A stretch of 64,000 nt of DNA, taken from the NCBI RefSeq assembly GCF_009914755.1, contig NC_060931.1; one strand, 5' to 3'. Made by a program: the position numbers and the translations under genes. The stretch is from the human T2T-CHM13v2.0 reference genome, Homo sapiens. The first letter of the stretch is position 1, and the number at the start of each line of letters is the position of its first letter. Below, one piece after another: positions 15,001 to 29,200 of this stretch. The notes below the pieces were generated by a model, which saw only the letters and a program-made list of their open reading frames with translations, had not been told where the DNA came from and did no database searches.

Positions 15001-17229
15001 AAATCATCATCAAATGGAATCGAATGGAATCATCTAATAGACTCGAAAGGAATCATCATCGAATGGATTCAAATGGAATCACCGAATGGACACGAATGGA
15101 ATCATCATCATATAGAATCGAATGGAATCACTGAATGGAGTCGAATGGAATATCATTGAATGGAATCAAAAGCAATCATCGAATGGACTCAAATGGAACT
15201 ATCAAATGGAATCATCGAATGGACTCAAAAGGAATCATCATCAAATGGATTCATATGGAATGATTGAATGGACTCGAATGGAATCATGGATTCCATGGAT
15301 TCCATGGAAACATCATCGAATGAACTCCGATGGAATCATCATTGAATGGACTCGAATGGAATCAACGAATGGAATAGAAAGGCATTATCATTGAATGGAA
15401 TCGAATAGAATTACAGAATGAAATCCAATTGAATCATAATCAAATGGAATCGAATGGAATCATCACCAAATGGAATCCAATGGAAACATCATCAAATGGA
15501 ACACAATGGAATCATCATCATATGGAACCTAATGGAGTCATCATCCTATGGAATCGAATGAAATCATCATCGAATGGAATTGAATGGAATCATAATCAAA
15601 TGGAATCCAATGGAATGATCATCGAATGGAATCAAAGGGAATCATCGAATGGGATCGAATGGAATCAATGAAAGGAATCGAATGGAATCATCATATGGAT
15701 TCGAATGGAATCATCATCGACTGCAATCGAACGGAATCGTCATTGACTGGAATCGAATGGAATCATCATCAAATGTTATCGCATGGAATCATCAGTGAAT
15801 GGAATCGAAGGAATCATCAAATGGAATCGAATGGAATGATCATCGAATAGAATCGAATGGAATCATGGAATGGAATCGAAAGGGATCATCCAATGGAATC
15901 GAATGGAATAATTGAAGGGACTCGAGTGGAATCATCATCGAATTCAATCTAATGGAATCATTGAATGGACTCGTATGGAATCATCATCAAATGGAATCGA
16001 ATGGAATCATCGAATGGCATAGAATGGAACCATCATCAGGTGGAATGGAATGTAATCATCGAATTGACATGAATGGAATCATCATCAAATTGAAACATCA
16101 AATAGAAACATCGAATGGAGCCAAATGCAATCATCATCTAATGGAATCAAATGGAATCATCAACGAATGGAATCGAATGGAATTATTGAATGGAATACAA
16201 TGGAATCATCATCAAATGGAACCGAATATAATCATCAAATGGACTCGAATTGAATCATGATAGAATGGAATCAAATGGAATCATGATTGAATGGAATCGA
16301 ATGGTGTCATCAAATGGATTCAAATGGAATCATCGAATGGACTCGAATGGAATCATTGAATGGAATCAAATGAAATCATCACCGAATGGAATCAAATGGA
16401 ATCATTGAATGGACTCGAATGGAATAATCATTGAATGGAATGTAATGGAATCATGAAAGAAGGGAATCGAATGGAAATATCATCAAATGGAATCGAATGG
16501 TATCATCAAAGAATGGAACAGAATAGAATCATCGAATGGAATCCAATGGATTCACCATCAAATTGAACTGAATGGAATCATCATCGAATGGACTTGAATG
16601 GAATCATCATTGAATGGAATCGAATGGTGTCATCGAATGGAATCAAGCGGAAACATTGAATGGACTCTAATGGAATCATCAAATGGAATCGAATGCAATC
16701 ATCATCAAATGAAATCAAATGGAATGATTGAATGGATTCGAATGGAATCATCATCGAATGGAATTGAACGGAATCATCGAATGGACACCAATGGAATCAT
16801 CATTGAATGGAATCAAAAGGAATCATGGAATGGACTTGAATGGAATCATTGAACGGACTCGAATTAAATCATCATCGAATGGAATCAAATAGAATAATCG
16901 AATGGACATGAATGTAATCATCATCGAATGGAATCACATGGAATCATCGAATGGAATCTAATGGAATCATCATTGAATGGAATCTAATGGAATTATCATC
17001 TAATGGAATCAAATGGAAACATCAATGAATGGAATCAAATGGAGAAATCGAATGGAATCCGTTGGAACCATCATAGAATGGAACCGAATGCAGTCATCAT
17101 CAAATGGAATCGAATGCAAACATCATTGAGTGGAATCGAAAGGAATCATCATTAAATGGAATTGAAAGGAATCATCATCGAATGGAATTGAAAGGAATCA
17201 TCATCAATCGAATATGGAATCAAATGGAC
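1..17229 (+). repeat. Human satellite II (HSat2) array, GGAAT/CGAAT strand on +, diverged
   Basis: Continuous GGAATCGAATGGAATCATCATCGAATGGA / GGACTCGAAT 23-26-bp units (pentamers plus CAT triplets), which is HSat2 grammar rather than pure (GGAAT)n. Abundant CG>CA/TG decay (CATCAAATGG, CATTGAATGG). Confidence 0.95.
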
Positions 17230-20200
17230 TCCATTCGATGACACTCTTCGATTCCTTTTGGTGATGATTCCATTCGATTTCATTCATTGATTCCTTTCAT
17301 TTTTACTCGATGATGATTCCATTTGATTCCGTTTGATGATGCATCAATTATATTCCATTGGATGATTACATTCGATTCCATTCGATGATGACTTCATTCA
17401 ATTCAATTCGATGATAATTCCATTTGATTGCATTTGATGATGATTCCATTCGGGTCCATTCGAAGTTTCCATTCAATTACATTACATGATGATTCCATTC
17501 CAGTCCATTCGATGATTCCATTCGACTGCATTCGACGATGATTCCATTTGATGCTATTCGATGATTCCATTAGATTATATTCAATGATGATTCCATTCGA
17601 CTCCATTCTATGATTCCATTCGAGTCCATACCATTATCCCATTAGATTCCATTCAATGATGTTTCCATTTGATGCCATTCAATGATGTTTCCATTCGAGT
17701 CCATTCGATGATGACTGCATTGGATTCCATTCTATGATTCCATTTGATTCCATTTGATGGTGATTCCGATCAATTCCATTTGATGATTCCATTCGATTCC
17801 ATTTGATGATTCATTTGATTCAATTCAATAATGATTCCATTCGAGTCCATTCGATGATTATATTCTAGCCCATTGGATAATTCCATTTGAGTCTGATCCA
17901 TGATTCCATACCATTATCCCATTAGATTCCATTCGATGATGTTTCCATTCGATGCCATTCGATGATGATTCTATTCAATTCCATTCGATGATTATTCCAT
18001 TTGAGTGTATTCAATGATTCCATTCAATACCATTTGATGATGATTCCATTCGAGTCCATTCAATGATTCTATTCGATTCCATTGGATAATTCCGTTCAAT
18101 TCCATATGATGATTATTCCATTTGAGTCCATTCAATGATTATTACATTCGATTCTATTCGGTGATTCCTTTCGATTCCATTTGATAATGATTCCATTCGA
18201 GACCATTCGATGATTCCATTCAATTCATTTGATGATGATTCCATTCAATTCCATTCGATGATTCCATTAGATAATGATAATGATTCCATTTGATTCCATT
18301 AGATGATCATTCCACGCGATTCCATTTGATGACGACTCCTTTCGCTTCCATTCGATGATGATTCCATTCGGTTCAATTCCATGATTATTCCTTTGGATTC
18401 CATTCGATGATGTTTCCATTCGACTCCATTTGATGTTGATTCTTTTTGATTCCATTCGATGATTATTCCATTTGATTCCATTCGATGATGATTCCATTCA
18501 TTGATTCCATTCAATTCCGTACGATGATGATTCCATTCCAGTCCATTCCATGATTCCATTCAATTCCATACGATGATGATTCCATTCGATTCCATTCGAA
18601 GATTCCATTCGATTCCTTTCGAACATTATTCTATTCGAGTCCATTCAGTGATCCCTTTCTATGCCAATGGAAAATGATTCCATTCGAGTCCATTCGATGA
18701 CACCATTCAATACCATTCATTGATGATTCCATTCGAGTGCATTCGATGATACCATTCGATTCCATTTGATGAAGATTCCATTTGAGTCCATTTGATGATT
18801 CCATTGGACTCCATTTGATGATGATTCCATTCAATGATTCCATTTGATTCTATTCGATATTGATTCCATTTGATTTCATTCGATGCTGATTCTATTGAAT
18901 TCCATTCGATGATTCAATTTGATTCCATTTGATGATTCCATTTGATTACTTTTGACAATGATTCCATTCAATTCCATTCGATGATTCCATTTGATTCTAT
19001 TCAATGATGATTCCATTCGATTCCATTCGATGATGACAGCATTCTATTCCATTTGATGATTCCATTTGGTTCTACTCGATGATGATTCTGATCGATTCCA
19101 TTCGATGATTCCTTTAGATTCCATTCGATGATTCCATTTGATTCCATTCAATAATGATTCCATTCGACTACATTTGATGATTCCATTCGAGCAAATTCAA
19201 TAATTCCATTTGAGTCCAATCAATTATTCCAATCGAGTCCATTTGATGATTCCAATCGAGTCCATTTGAAAATTTCATTTGAGTCCATTTGATGAATGCT
19301 TTTGATCACATTCGTTGATATTCCATTCGAGTCCATTCGATGATTCCATTCGATTCTATTTGATGATGATTCCATTCGTGTCCATTCGGTGATTCCATTC
19401 GATTTCATTTGATGATGATTCCTTTTGAGTGCATTAGATGATTCCTTTCAATTCTATTTGATGATGATTCCATTCAAGTCCATTCAGTGATTCCATTCGA
19501 TTCCATTCGATGATGATTCCATTCGATTCCATTCGATGATTCTATTCGATTTCATTCGATGATTATTTCATTTGAGTCCATTCGATGATTCCATTTGATT
19601 CCATTCGATGATTCCATTTGATTCCATTCTTTGATGATTCCATTCGAATCCATTCGATGATTCTATTCGAATCCATTTGATGATTGCTTTTGATATTTGA
19701 TGACTATTCCATTCGAGTCCATTTGATGATTCCATTCGATTGCATTCATTGATGATTCCATTCGAGTCCATTTGATGATTCCGTTTGCTTCCATTCTACA
19801 ATGATAGCATTCAAGTCCATTCGATGATTCCACTCGATTCCATATGATGTTGATTCCATTCGATTCCATTGGATGATTCCATTCTATTCCATTCAATGAC
19901 GATTCCATTCGAGTACATTAGATGATTCCACTCGATTCCATTCTATGATGATTATATTCGTGCCCATTAGATGATTTCACATGATTCCATTCGATAATGA
20001 TTCCATTCGAGTGCATTCAATGATTCCATTTGATTCCATTCGATGGTGATTCCATTCCATTCAATTCCTTGGTGATTCCATTCAATTCCATTCATTGATT
20101 CCATTCCATGCCATTTGACAATGATTCCATTTGATTCAATTCAATGATTCCACTCGATTCCACTTGACAATGATTCCCTTTGATTCCATTCGATGAAGAT

Positions 20201-23200
20201 TGCCTTAAATTCCATTTGATGATTCCATTCGATTCCATTCGATGATGATTCTGTTCAATTCCATTTGATTGTTCCATTCGATTCCATTCGATGATGATTC
20301 TGTTCAATTCCATTTGATGATTCCATTTGATTACATTCGAGGATTCCATTCAATATCATTCGATGATCATTCCTTTCAATTCCATTCAACGATTTCATTC
20401 GATTCCAAAGATGATGATTCCATTCAAGGCCATTCAATGATTCCATTCGATTCCATTCGATGATGCCTCTATGTGATGCCATTAGATGTTTCCATTCGAT
20501 TCCATTTGATGATGATTCCATTCGAGTCCATTCGAGGATTCTATTTGATTCCACTCGCTGATAATTCCTTTCGATTCCATTCGATGTTTCCTTTTTATTC
20601 CATTCAATGATGGTTCAATTCGAGTACATTCATTGATTGCTTTCGAGTCTATTTGATGATTGCATTCGATTCCATTCAATGATGATTCCATTCGAGTCCA
20701 TTTGATAATTCCATCTGATTCCATTCGATGATGACTGCATTTGGTTCCATTCGATGATGATTCGAACGGACTCCATTCGATGACTCCATTCGATTACATT
20801 CATTGATGATTCCATTCGATTCCATTCAATGATGATTCCATTCGATTCCATTCGATGATTCCACTTGATTCCATTTGATGATGATTCCAATCCTGTCAAT
20901 TCGATGATTCCATTCAATTCCATTCGATGATGATTCCATTCGAGTCCATTTGATGATTCCATTCAAGTCCATTTGATGTTTCCTTTCGATTCCACTCGAC
21001 GTTGATTCCATTTGAGTCCATTCGATGATTAAATTTGAGTGTGTTCCATGATTTCATTCGATTCCATTCGATGATCATTCTATTCGAGTCCATTCGATTA
21101 TTCCATTTTATTTCATTTGATGATGATTCCATTCGATTCCAATCAATGATTCCATTCGAGTCCATTCGATGATTTCATAACATTCCATTCAATGGTGATT
21201 CCATTTGATTCCATTCGATGATGATTCCATTCGATTCCCTTCATTGATTATTCAATTAGATTCCATTTGATGATGATTCCATTCGACTCCATTCAATGAT
21301 GATTCCATTCGATTCCATTCGATGATGATTCCATTCGACTCCATTCGATGATGATTCCATCGATGGTTCAACTCAATTCCATTCGATGGTTCCTTTCGAT
21401 TCCATTTGATGATGATTCCATTCGATTCCATTCCGTGATGATTGCATTCTATTCCATTCGATGTCTCCATTCGATTCCTTTTGATAATGATTCCATTCGT
21501 GTCCATTGGATGATTCTGTTTGATTCTTTTCGATGATGATTCCATTTGATGCCTTTTGATGATTCCATGCCATTCCATTCGATGATGATTCCTTTCAATT
21601 CCATTCCATGATTCCTTTCGATTCCATTTGATGATGATTCCATTCAAGTCCATACAATGATTCCATTCAATTCCATTTGATGATGATTCCATTCGGGTCC
21701 ATTCAATGATTCCATTCAATTTGGCTCGATGATGATTCCATTTGAGTCCATTCAATGATTCCGTTCAAGTCCATTCGATTTTTCCTTTTGATTCCATTTG
21801 ATGAGGATTCCATTCGATTCCATTCAATGATTCCATTCAATTCCATTCGATGATGATTCCATTCGTGTCCATTTGATGATTTCATTCGATTCTATTTGAT
21901 GATGATTCCATTCGAGGCCATTCAATGATTGCATATGAGTCCGTTTGATGGTTTCATTCGATTCCACTCGATGATGATTCCTTCTGAGTCCACTCAATGA
22001 TTCAATTTGTGTCCATTCGATGATTCCATTCGATTCCATTCGATGAGGACTCCATTCAATTCCATTCAATGATTCCATTAGATTCCATTCGATGATGATT
22101 CCATTCGAGTTCATTCAAAAATTCAATTCGAGTCCATTCAATGATTCCATTCAATTCCACATGATGATGATTCCTTTCGAATCCATTCAATGTTTCCTTT
22201 CGAGTGCATTCAATGATTCCTTTTGATTCCATTCGATGATGATAACATTCTATTCCACTGGATGATGATTCCATTCGATTGTATTCGATGACTCCATTCG
22301 ATTGCATTCAATAGTGATTCCATTCTTGTCCATTAGGTGATACCATTTGATTCTTATCAATGATGATTCCGTTTGATGCCATTTGATGATTTCATGCGAT
22401 TCCATTCGATGATGATTCCATTCGATTCCATTCAATGAATCCATTCGGTTCCATTTGATGATGATTCCATTCGAGTCCATTCGATGATTACATTCAATTC
22501 CATTAGATGGTGATTCCATTCGGGTCCATTCAATGATTCCATTTGATTGAGTTCGATGATGATTCCGTTTGAGTCCATTCGATTATTCCTTTCAATTCCA
22601 TATGATGATGATTCCTTTCGAGTCCATATAATGATTCCATTCAATTCTATTCGAAGATGATTCCATTCGGGTCCATTTAATGATTCCATTCAATTCGGTT
22701 CGATGATGATTCCATTTGAGTTCATTCAATGATTCCGTTCAAGTCCATTCGATTATTCCTTTTGATTCCATTCAATGATGATTCCATTCGATTCCATTTG
22801 ATGATTCCATTCAATTCAATTCGATGATGATTCCATTCGTGTCCATTTGATGATTTCATTCGATTCTATTTGATGATGATTCCATTTGAGGCCATTCGAT
22901 GATTGCATTCGAGTTTGTTTGATGGTTTCATTCGATTCCACTCGATGATGATTCCTTTTGAGTCCATTTGATGATTCGATTTGTGTCAATTTGATGATTC
23001 CATTAGATTCCATTCGATGACTCTATTTGAGTCCATTCAATGATTCCATTAGATTCCATTCGATGATGATTCCATTCGAGTTCATTCAAAGTTTCAATTC
23101 GAGTCCATTCGATGATTCCATTCGATTCCACATGATGATGATTCCTTTTGAATCCATTCGATGTTTCCTTTCAAGTGCAATGATTCCTTTCGATTCCATT

Positions 23201-26200
23201 CAATGATGATTACATTCTCTTCCATTCGATGATGATTGCATTCGATTGTATTCGATGACTCCATTCGATTCCATTCGATAGTGATTCCATTCTTGTCCAT
23301 TAGGTGATTCCATTTGATTCTTATCAATGATGATTCCGTTTGATGCCATTTGATGATTTCATGCGATTCCATTCGATGATGATTCCATTCGATTCCATTC
23401 AATGATTCCATTCGATGATGATTCCATTTGAGTCCATTCGATGATTACATTCAATTCCATTAGATGATGATTCCATTTGGGTCCATTCAATGATTCCATT
23501 CGATTCAATTTGATGATGATTCCATTTGAGTCCATTCGATGATTCCGTTCGAGTCCATTCGATTATTCCATTCGATTCCATATGATGATGATTCCATTCG
23601 ATTCCATTCGATGATTCCATTCAATTCCATTCGATGATGATTCCATTCGAGTCCATTTGATGATTCCATTCCATTCTATTCAATGATGATTCCATTCGAG
23701 GCCATTCGATGATTGCATTCGAGTCCATTTGATGATTTCACTTGATTCCACTCGATGACGATTCCTTTTGAGTACATTCGATGATTCCATTCGAGTCCAT
23801 TCGATGATTCCATTCGATTGCATTTGATGGTGATTTAATTCGAGACCAATCGATGATTCCATTGGAGTCCATTTGGTGACTCCTTTCTATTCCATTCGAT
23901 GAGGACTCCATTTGAGGCCATTCGATGATTGCATTAGCTTCGATTCAATGATGATTCCATTCGAGTCCATTCAAAGATTCAATTTGAGTCCATTGAATGA
24001 TTCCATTCTATTCCACTTGATGATGATTCCTTTCGAGTCCATTCAATGATTCCTTTCGAGTGCCTTCAATGATTCCAATCAATTCCATTCGATGATAATT
24101 CCATTCTAGTCTATTCAATGATTCCATTCAGTTGCATTCGATGATTCCATATGATTCCTTTCGATGATGATTCCATTCGAGTCCATTTGATGATTCCATT
24201 TGATCCCTTTCGAGCATGATTCCATTCGTCCATTCGATGATTCCATTCGATTCCATTCCATGATGATTCCATTCGATTCCATTCAATGATTATTCCATTC
24301 GAGTCCATTCGATGATTTCTTTCGATTCCATTCGATGATTCCATTCGATTCCATTCGATGATGATTGCATTCGAGTCCATTCGACGATGATTCCATTTGA
24401 CTAAATTCGATGATTCCAATCGAATTCATCCGATGATTGGAGTCCTTTAGGTGATTCCTTTAGATTCCACTCAAAGATGATTCCATTCAATTCCATTCCA
24501 TGATACCATTCCATTCCATTCATTGATGATTCCATTCGATTCCATTTGATGATTCCATTTTATTCCAGTCGATGATGATTCCATTAGATTCTATTTGATG
24601 ATTCCATTCCATTCCATTCGATGATGATTCCAGTCATGTCCATTTGATGCTTCCATTCTTTTCCATTCAATGATGATTCCATTCGATTATATTTGATGAT
24701 TCCATTCGAATCCATTCTATGATGATTATATTCGATTCCATTGGATGATTCCATTCGATTCCATTCGATGATTCCACTCGAGTACATTCGATAATTCCAC
24801 TCAATTCCATTCGATGATTATTCCATTGGAGTCCATTTGGTGATTCCTTTAGATTCCACTCAAAGATGATTCCATTCAATTCCATTCGATGATACCATTC
24901 GATTCCATTCATTGATGATTCCATTCAAGTGCATTTGATGATATCATTCGATTCCATTTGATGATGATTCCATTCGTTTCCATTCAATGATTCCATTCGA
25001 TTCCATTCAATGATGATGCCATTTGAGTCAATTCGATGATTCCATTGGAATACATTTGATGATGATTCCATTCAGTGATTCCATTCAATTCTATATGATA
25101 ATGATTCCAATCGATTCCATTCGATGATGATTCCATTGGGTTCCATTCTATGATTCCATTTGATTCCATTAGACAATGATTCCATTCGATTCCATTCGAT
25201 GATTCCATTCGATTCTATTTGATGATGATTCCATTCGATTCCATTCGATGATGATTGCATTCGATTCCATTCGATGATTCCGATCGATTCCATTCGATGA
25301 TTAGATTCAATTCCATTTGATGATTCCATTTGATTCCATTCAATAATGATTCCTTTTGAGTCCATTCAATGATTCCATTCGAGCCCATTCGATAATTCCA
25401 TTTGAGGCCAATCGATGATTCCATTCGAGTCCATTCAATTTCTCCATTTGATTTCAGTCATTGATGATTGCATTCGTTTCCATTAGATGATGATTCCTTT
25501 CGATTCCATTCGATGATGATTCCATTTGATAACATTCAATGATTATTTCATTTGATTCCTTTCATTGATTCCAATCAATTCCATTTGATGATGATACCAT
25601 TTGTGTCGATTCTATTATTTCATTTGATTCCATTCGATGATGATTCCATTTGACTCCATTCAATGATTCCATTCAAGTCCATTCGATTATTTCATTAGAT
25701 TCCATTTGATGATGATTCCATTTGATGCCATTCGATGATTCCATTTGATTCCATTCAATGATGATTCCATCTGAGTTTATTTGATAATGACTGCATTCGA
25801 TTCCATTTGATGATTCCATTTGATTCCATTCAATGATGACTCTGATCGATTCCATTCGATGATTCCATTTGGTTCCATTTGATGATTCCATTTGATTCCA
25901 TTCAAAAATGATTCCATTCGAGTCCATTCGATGATACCATTTGAGCCCATTTGATAATTCTATTTGAGTCCAATCCATGATTCCATTGGAGTCCATTAGA
26001 TCATTCCATTTGAGTCCATTCGATGATGATTCCATTCGAGTCCATTCGATGATTCCATTTGAGTCCATTCCATAATTCCATTTGAGTCCATTTGATGATG
26101 CTTTTGATTCCGTTTGATGATATTCCATTCAAGTCCGTTTGATGATTCCATTCGATTCTATTCGAAGATGATTCCATTTGTGTCCAGTCGGTGATTCCAT

Positions 26201-29200
26201 TCGATTTCATTCGATGTTGATTCCTTTCGAGTTCATTCGATGATTCCACTCGAGTCCATGCAATGATTAAATTCAAGTCCATTTGATGATTCCTTTCAAT
26301 TCCACTTGATGTTTCCATTCGAGTAAATTCGATGATTCCATTTGATTCCATTCGACGATGATTCCATTCGAGTCCATTCGATGATTCCATTTGATTTCAT
26401 TCAACGGTGATTTCATTCGAGTCCATTCAATGATTCCATTCGATGATGATTCCATTCGAGTCCATTTGATGATTCTATTCGAATCCATTTGATGATTGCT
26501 TTTGATCATACTTGATGAAGATTCCATTCGATTCCATTCGATGATGATTCCATTTGAATCCCTTTGATGATTCCATTTGATTCCATTCTCTGATGATTAC
26601 ATTCGAGTCCAATCGATGATTCCTCTCAAATCCATATGATGATGATTCCATTCGATTGCATTCGATGATTCCAGTCTATTGCATTCAATAATGATTCCCT
26701 TCGAGTAAATTAGATGATTCCATTTGATTCCATTTGATGATGATTCTATTCGTGCCCATTAGATGATTCCACACGATTCCATTCGATGATGATTCTATTC
26801 GAGTCCATTCGATGATTCCATTCGATTCCATTCGAGGATGATTCCATTCAATTCCATTCATTGGTGATTGCATTCAATTCCATTCATTGATTCCATTCCA
26901 TTCCATTCGCCAATGATTCCATTCGATTCCATTCTATGATTCCACTTGATTCCACTTGACGATGATTCCATTTGATTCCATTCGATGATTCCATTTGATT
27001 CCATTCGATGATGATTGCTTCGATTCCATTTGATGATTCCATTCGATTCCATTGGATGATGATTCCATTCTATTTCATTTGATGACTCCATTCAATTCCA
27101 TTGGACGATGATTCCGTTCAATTTCATTTGATGATTCCATTTGATTCTATTCGAGGATTCCATTCGATTCCATTCGATGATGATTTCATTTGAGTCCATT
27201 TGATGATTTCATTCGAGTCCATTAAATGATTCGAGTCCATCTGATGATTCCATTCGATTCCATTTGATGATGATTCCATTAGAGTCAGTTCGATGACTCC
27301 ATTTGAGTCCATTTGATAATTCCATTCGAGTCCATTAGATGATTCCATTCGATTCCATTTGATGATTCCATTCGTGTCCGTTTGATCGTTACTTTCGTGT
27401 CCATTCGGTGATTCCATTGGATTACTTTTGATGATGTTCCCATTCGATTCCATTTGACGATGATCTCATTTGATTCCATTTGATGATGATTCCATTCGAG
27501 TCCATTCAGTGATTCCATTTGATTCCATTCAATGATGATTCCATTCGTGTCCTTTTGATGATTCCTTTCGAGTCCCTTCGTTAATTCCATCCGATTCCAT
27601 TTGATGATGATTCCATTCCAGTCCATTCGATGATTGCATTCGATTTCATTTGTTGATTCAATTGGAGTCTATTCGATTATTCCATTCGAGTCCATTCGAT
27701 GATTCCATTCGATTCCATTTGATGATGATTCCATTCGAGTCCATTCAATGATTCCATTTGATTCCATTCGATAATGATTCTGCTCGAGTCCTTCGATGAT
27801 TTCATTTGAGTCGATTCAATTATTCCATTCGATTCCATTCGATGATGATTCCATTCGATGCCATTCAATGATTCTACGATGATTCCATTCGTGTCTATTC
27901 GGTGATTCCATTCAATTCCATTTGATGATGATTCCATTCGAATCCCTTCAATGATTCCACTGGATTCCATTTGATGATGATTCCATTCGAATCCATTCGA
28001 TGATTCTCCTCGATTCCATTCGATGACTCCGTTCAATCCCATTTGATGATTCCCTTCAATTCCATTCGATGATCATTCCATTTGATTCAATTCAGTGATT
28101 CCATTCGATTCCATTTGATGATGATTCTATTCGAGTCCATTTGAAGATTCCATTCAATTCCATTCAATGATTATTCCATTCAAATACATTTGATGATTCC
28201 TTTCGACCCCTTTCGATGATTCCGTTCGATTCCATTAGATGGTTCTCTTTGATTCCATTCGATGATCATTCCATTCTATTCAGTTCGGTGATTCCATTCG
28301 ATTCCATTCAATGATGATTCCATTCGATTCGATTCGATTATGATTCCATTCAATTCCATTCGCTGATGACTCCTTTGGGTTCCATTTGATGATGATTCAT
28401 TCGGTTCCATTTGATGATGATTCCATTTGGTTCCATTCGATGATTCCATTCGATTACATTTGTTGACAATTCCATTTGATTCCACTCAATGATGATTCCA
28501 TTCAATTCCATTCGATGATGATTCCATTTGATTCCATTTGATGATGATTCCATTTGATTTCATTCGATGATTCTATTTGATTCCATTCGATGATGATTCC
28601 CTTCTATTCCATTCGATGACTCCATTTGATTCCATTTGATGATGATTCTGTTCGATTCCACTTGATGATGATTCTATTCAATTCCATTCGATGAAGATTC
28701 CATTCGAGTCCATTCGATGATTCCATTTGATTTCATTCGATGATGATTCTATTCAATTCCATTCGATGATTCCATTCTATTCCATTTGATGGTGATTCCA
28801 TTTGAGTCGAATCGATGATTCCATTCGAGTCCATTTAATGATTCAGTTGGGTTCAATTCGATGATGATTACATTTTATTCCATTCAATGATTCCATTTGT
28901 TTCCATTAGTTGATGATTCCGTTCGATTCCTTTCAGTGATGATTCCTTACTATTTCATTCGTTGAGGATTCTATTGGCTTCCATTTGATGATGATTCCGT
29001 TTGATTCCATTTGATGATGATTCATCCGATTCCATTCAATGATGATTCTATTCCATTTCATTTGATGATTCTATTCGATTCCATACGATGATGATTCCTT
29101 TCAATTCCATTTGATGCTGATTCCATTCGATTGCAATCAATGATGATTGCATTTGAGTCCATTTGAAGATTCCATTCGATTCCATTCGATGATGTTTCCA

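Noticed and set aside
16900-17560. Perfect fold-back (breakage-fusion-bridge) duplication at the inversion
   Set aside because: Variant positions either side of 17229 do not mirror each other beyond ~10 bp.
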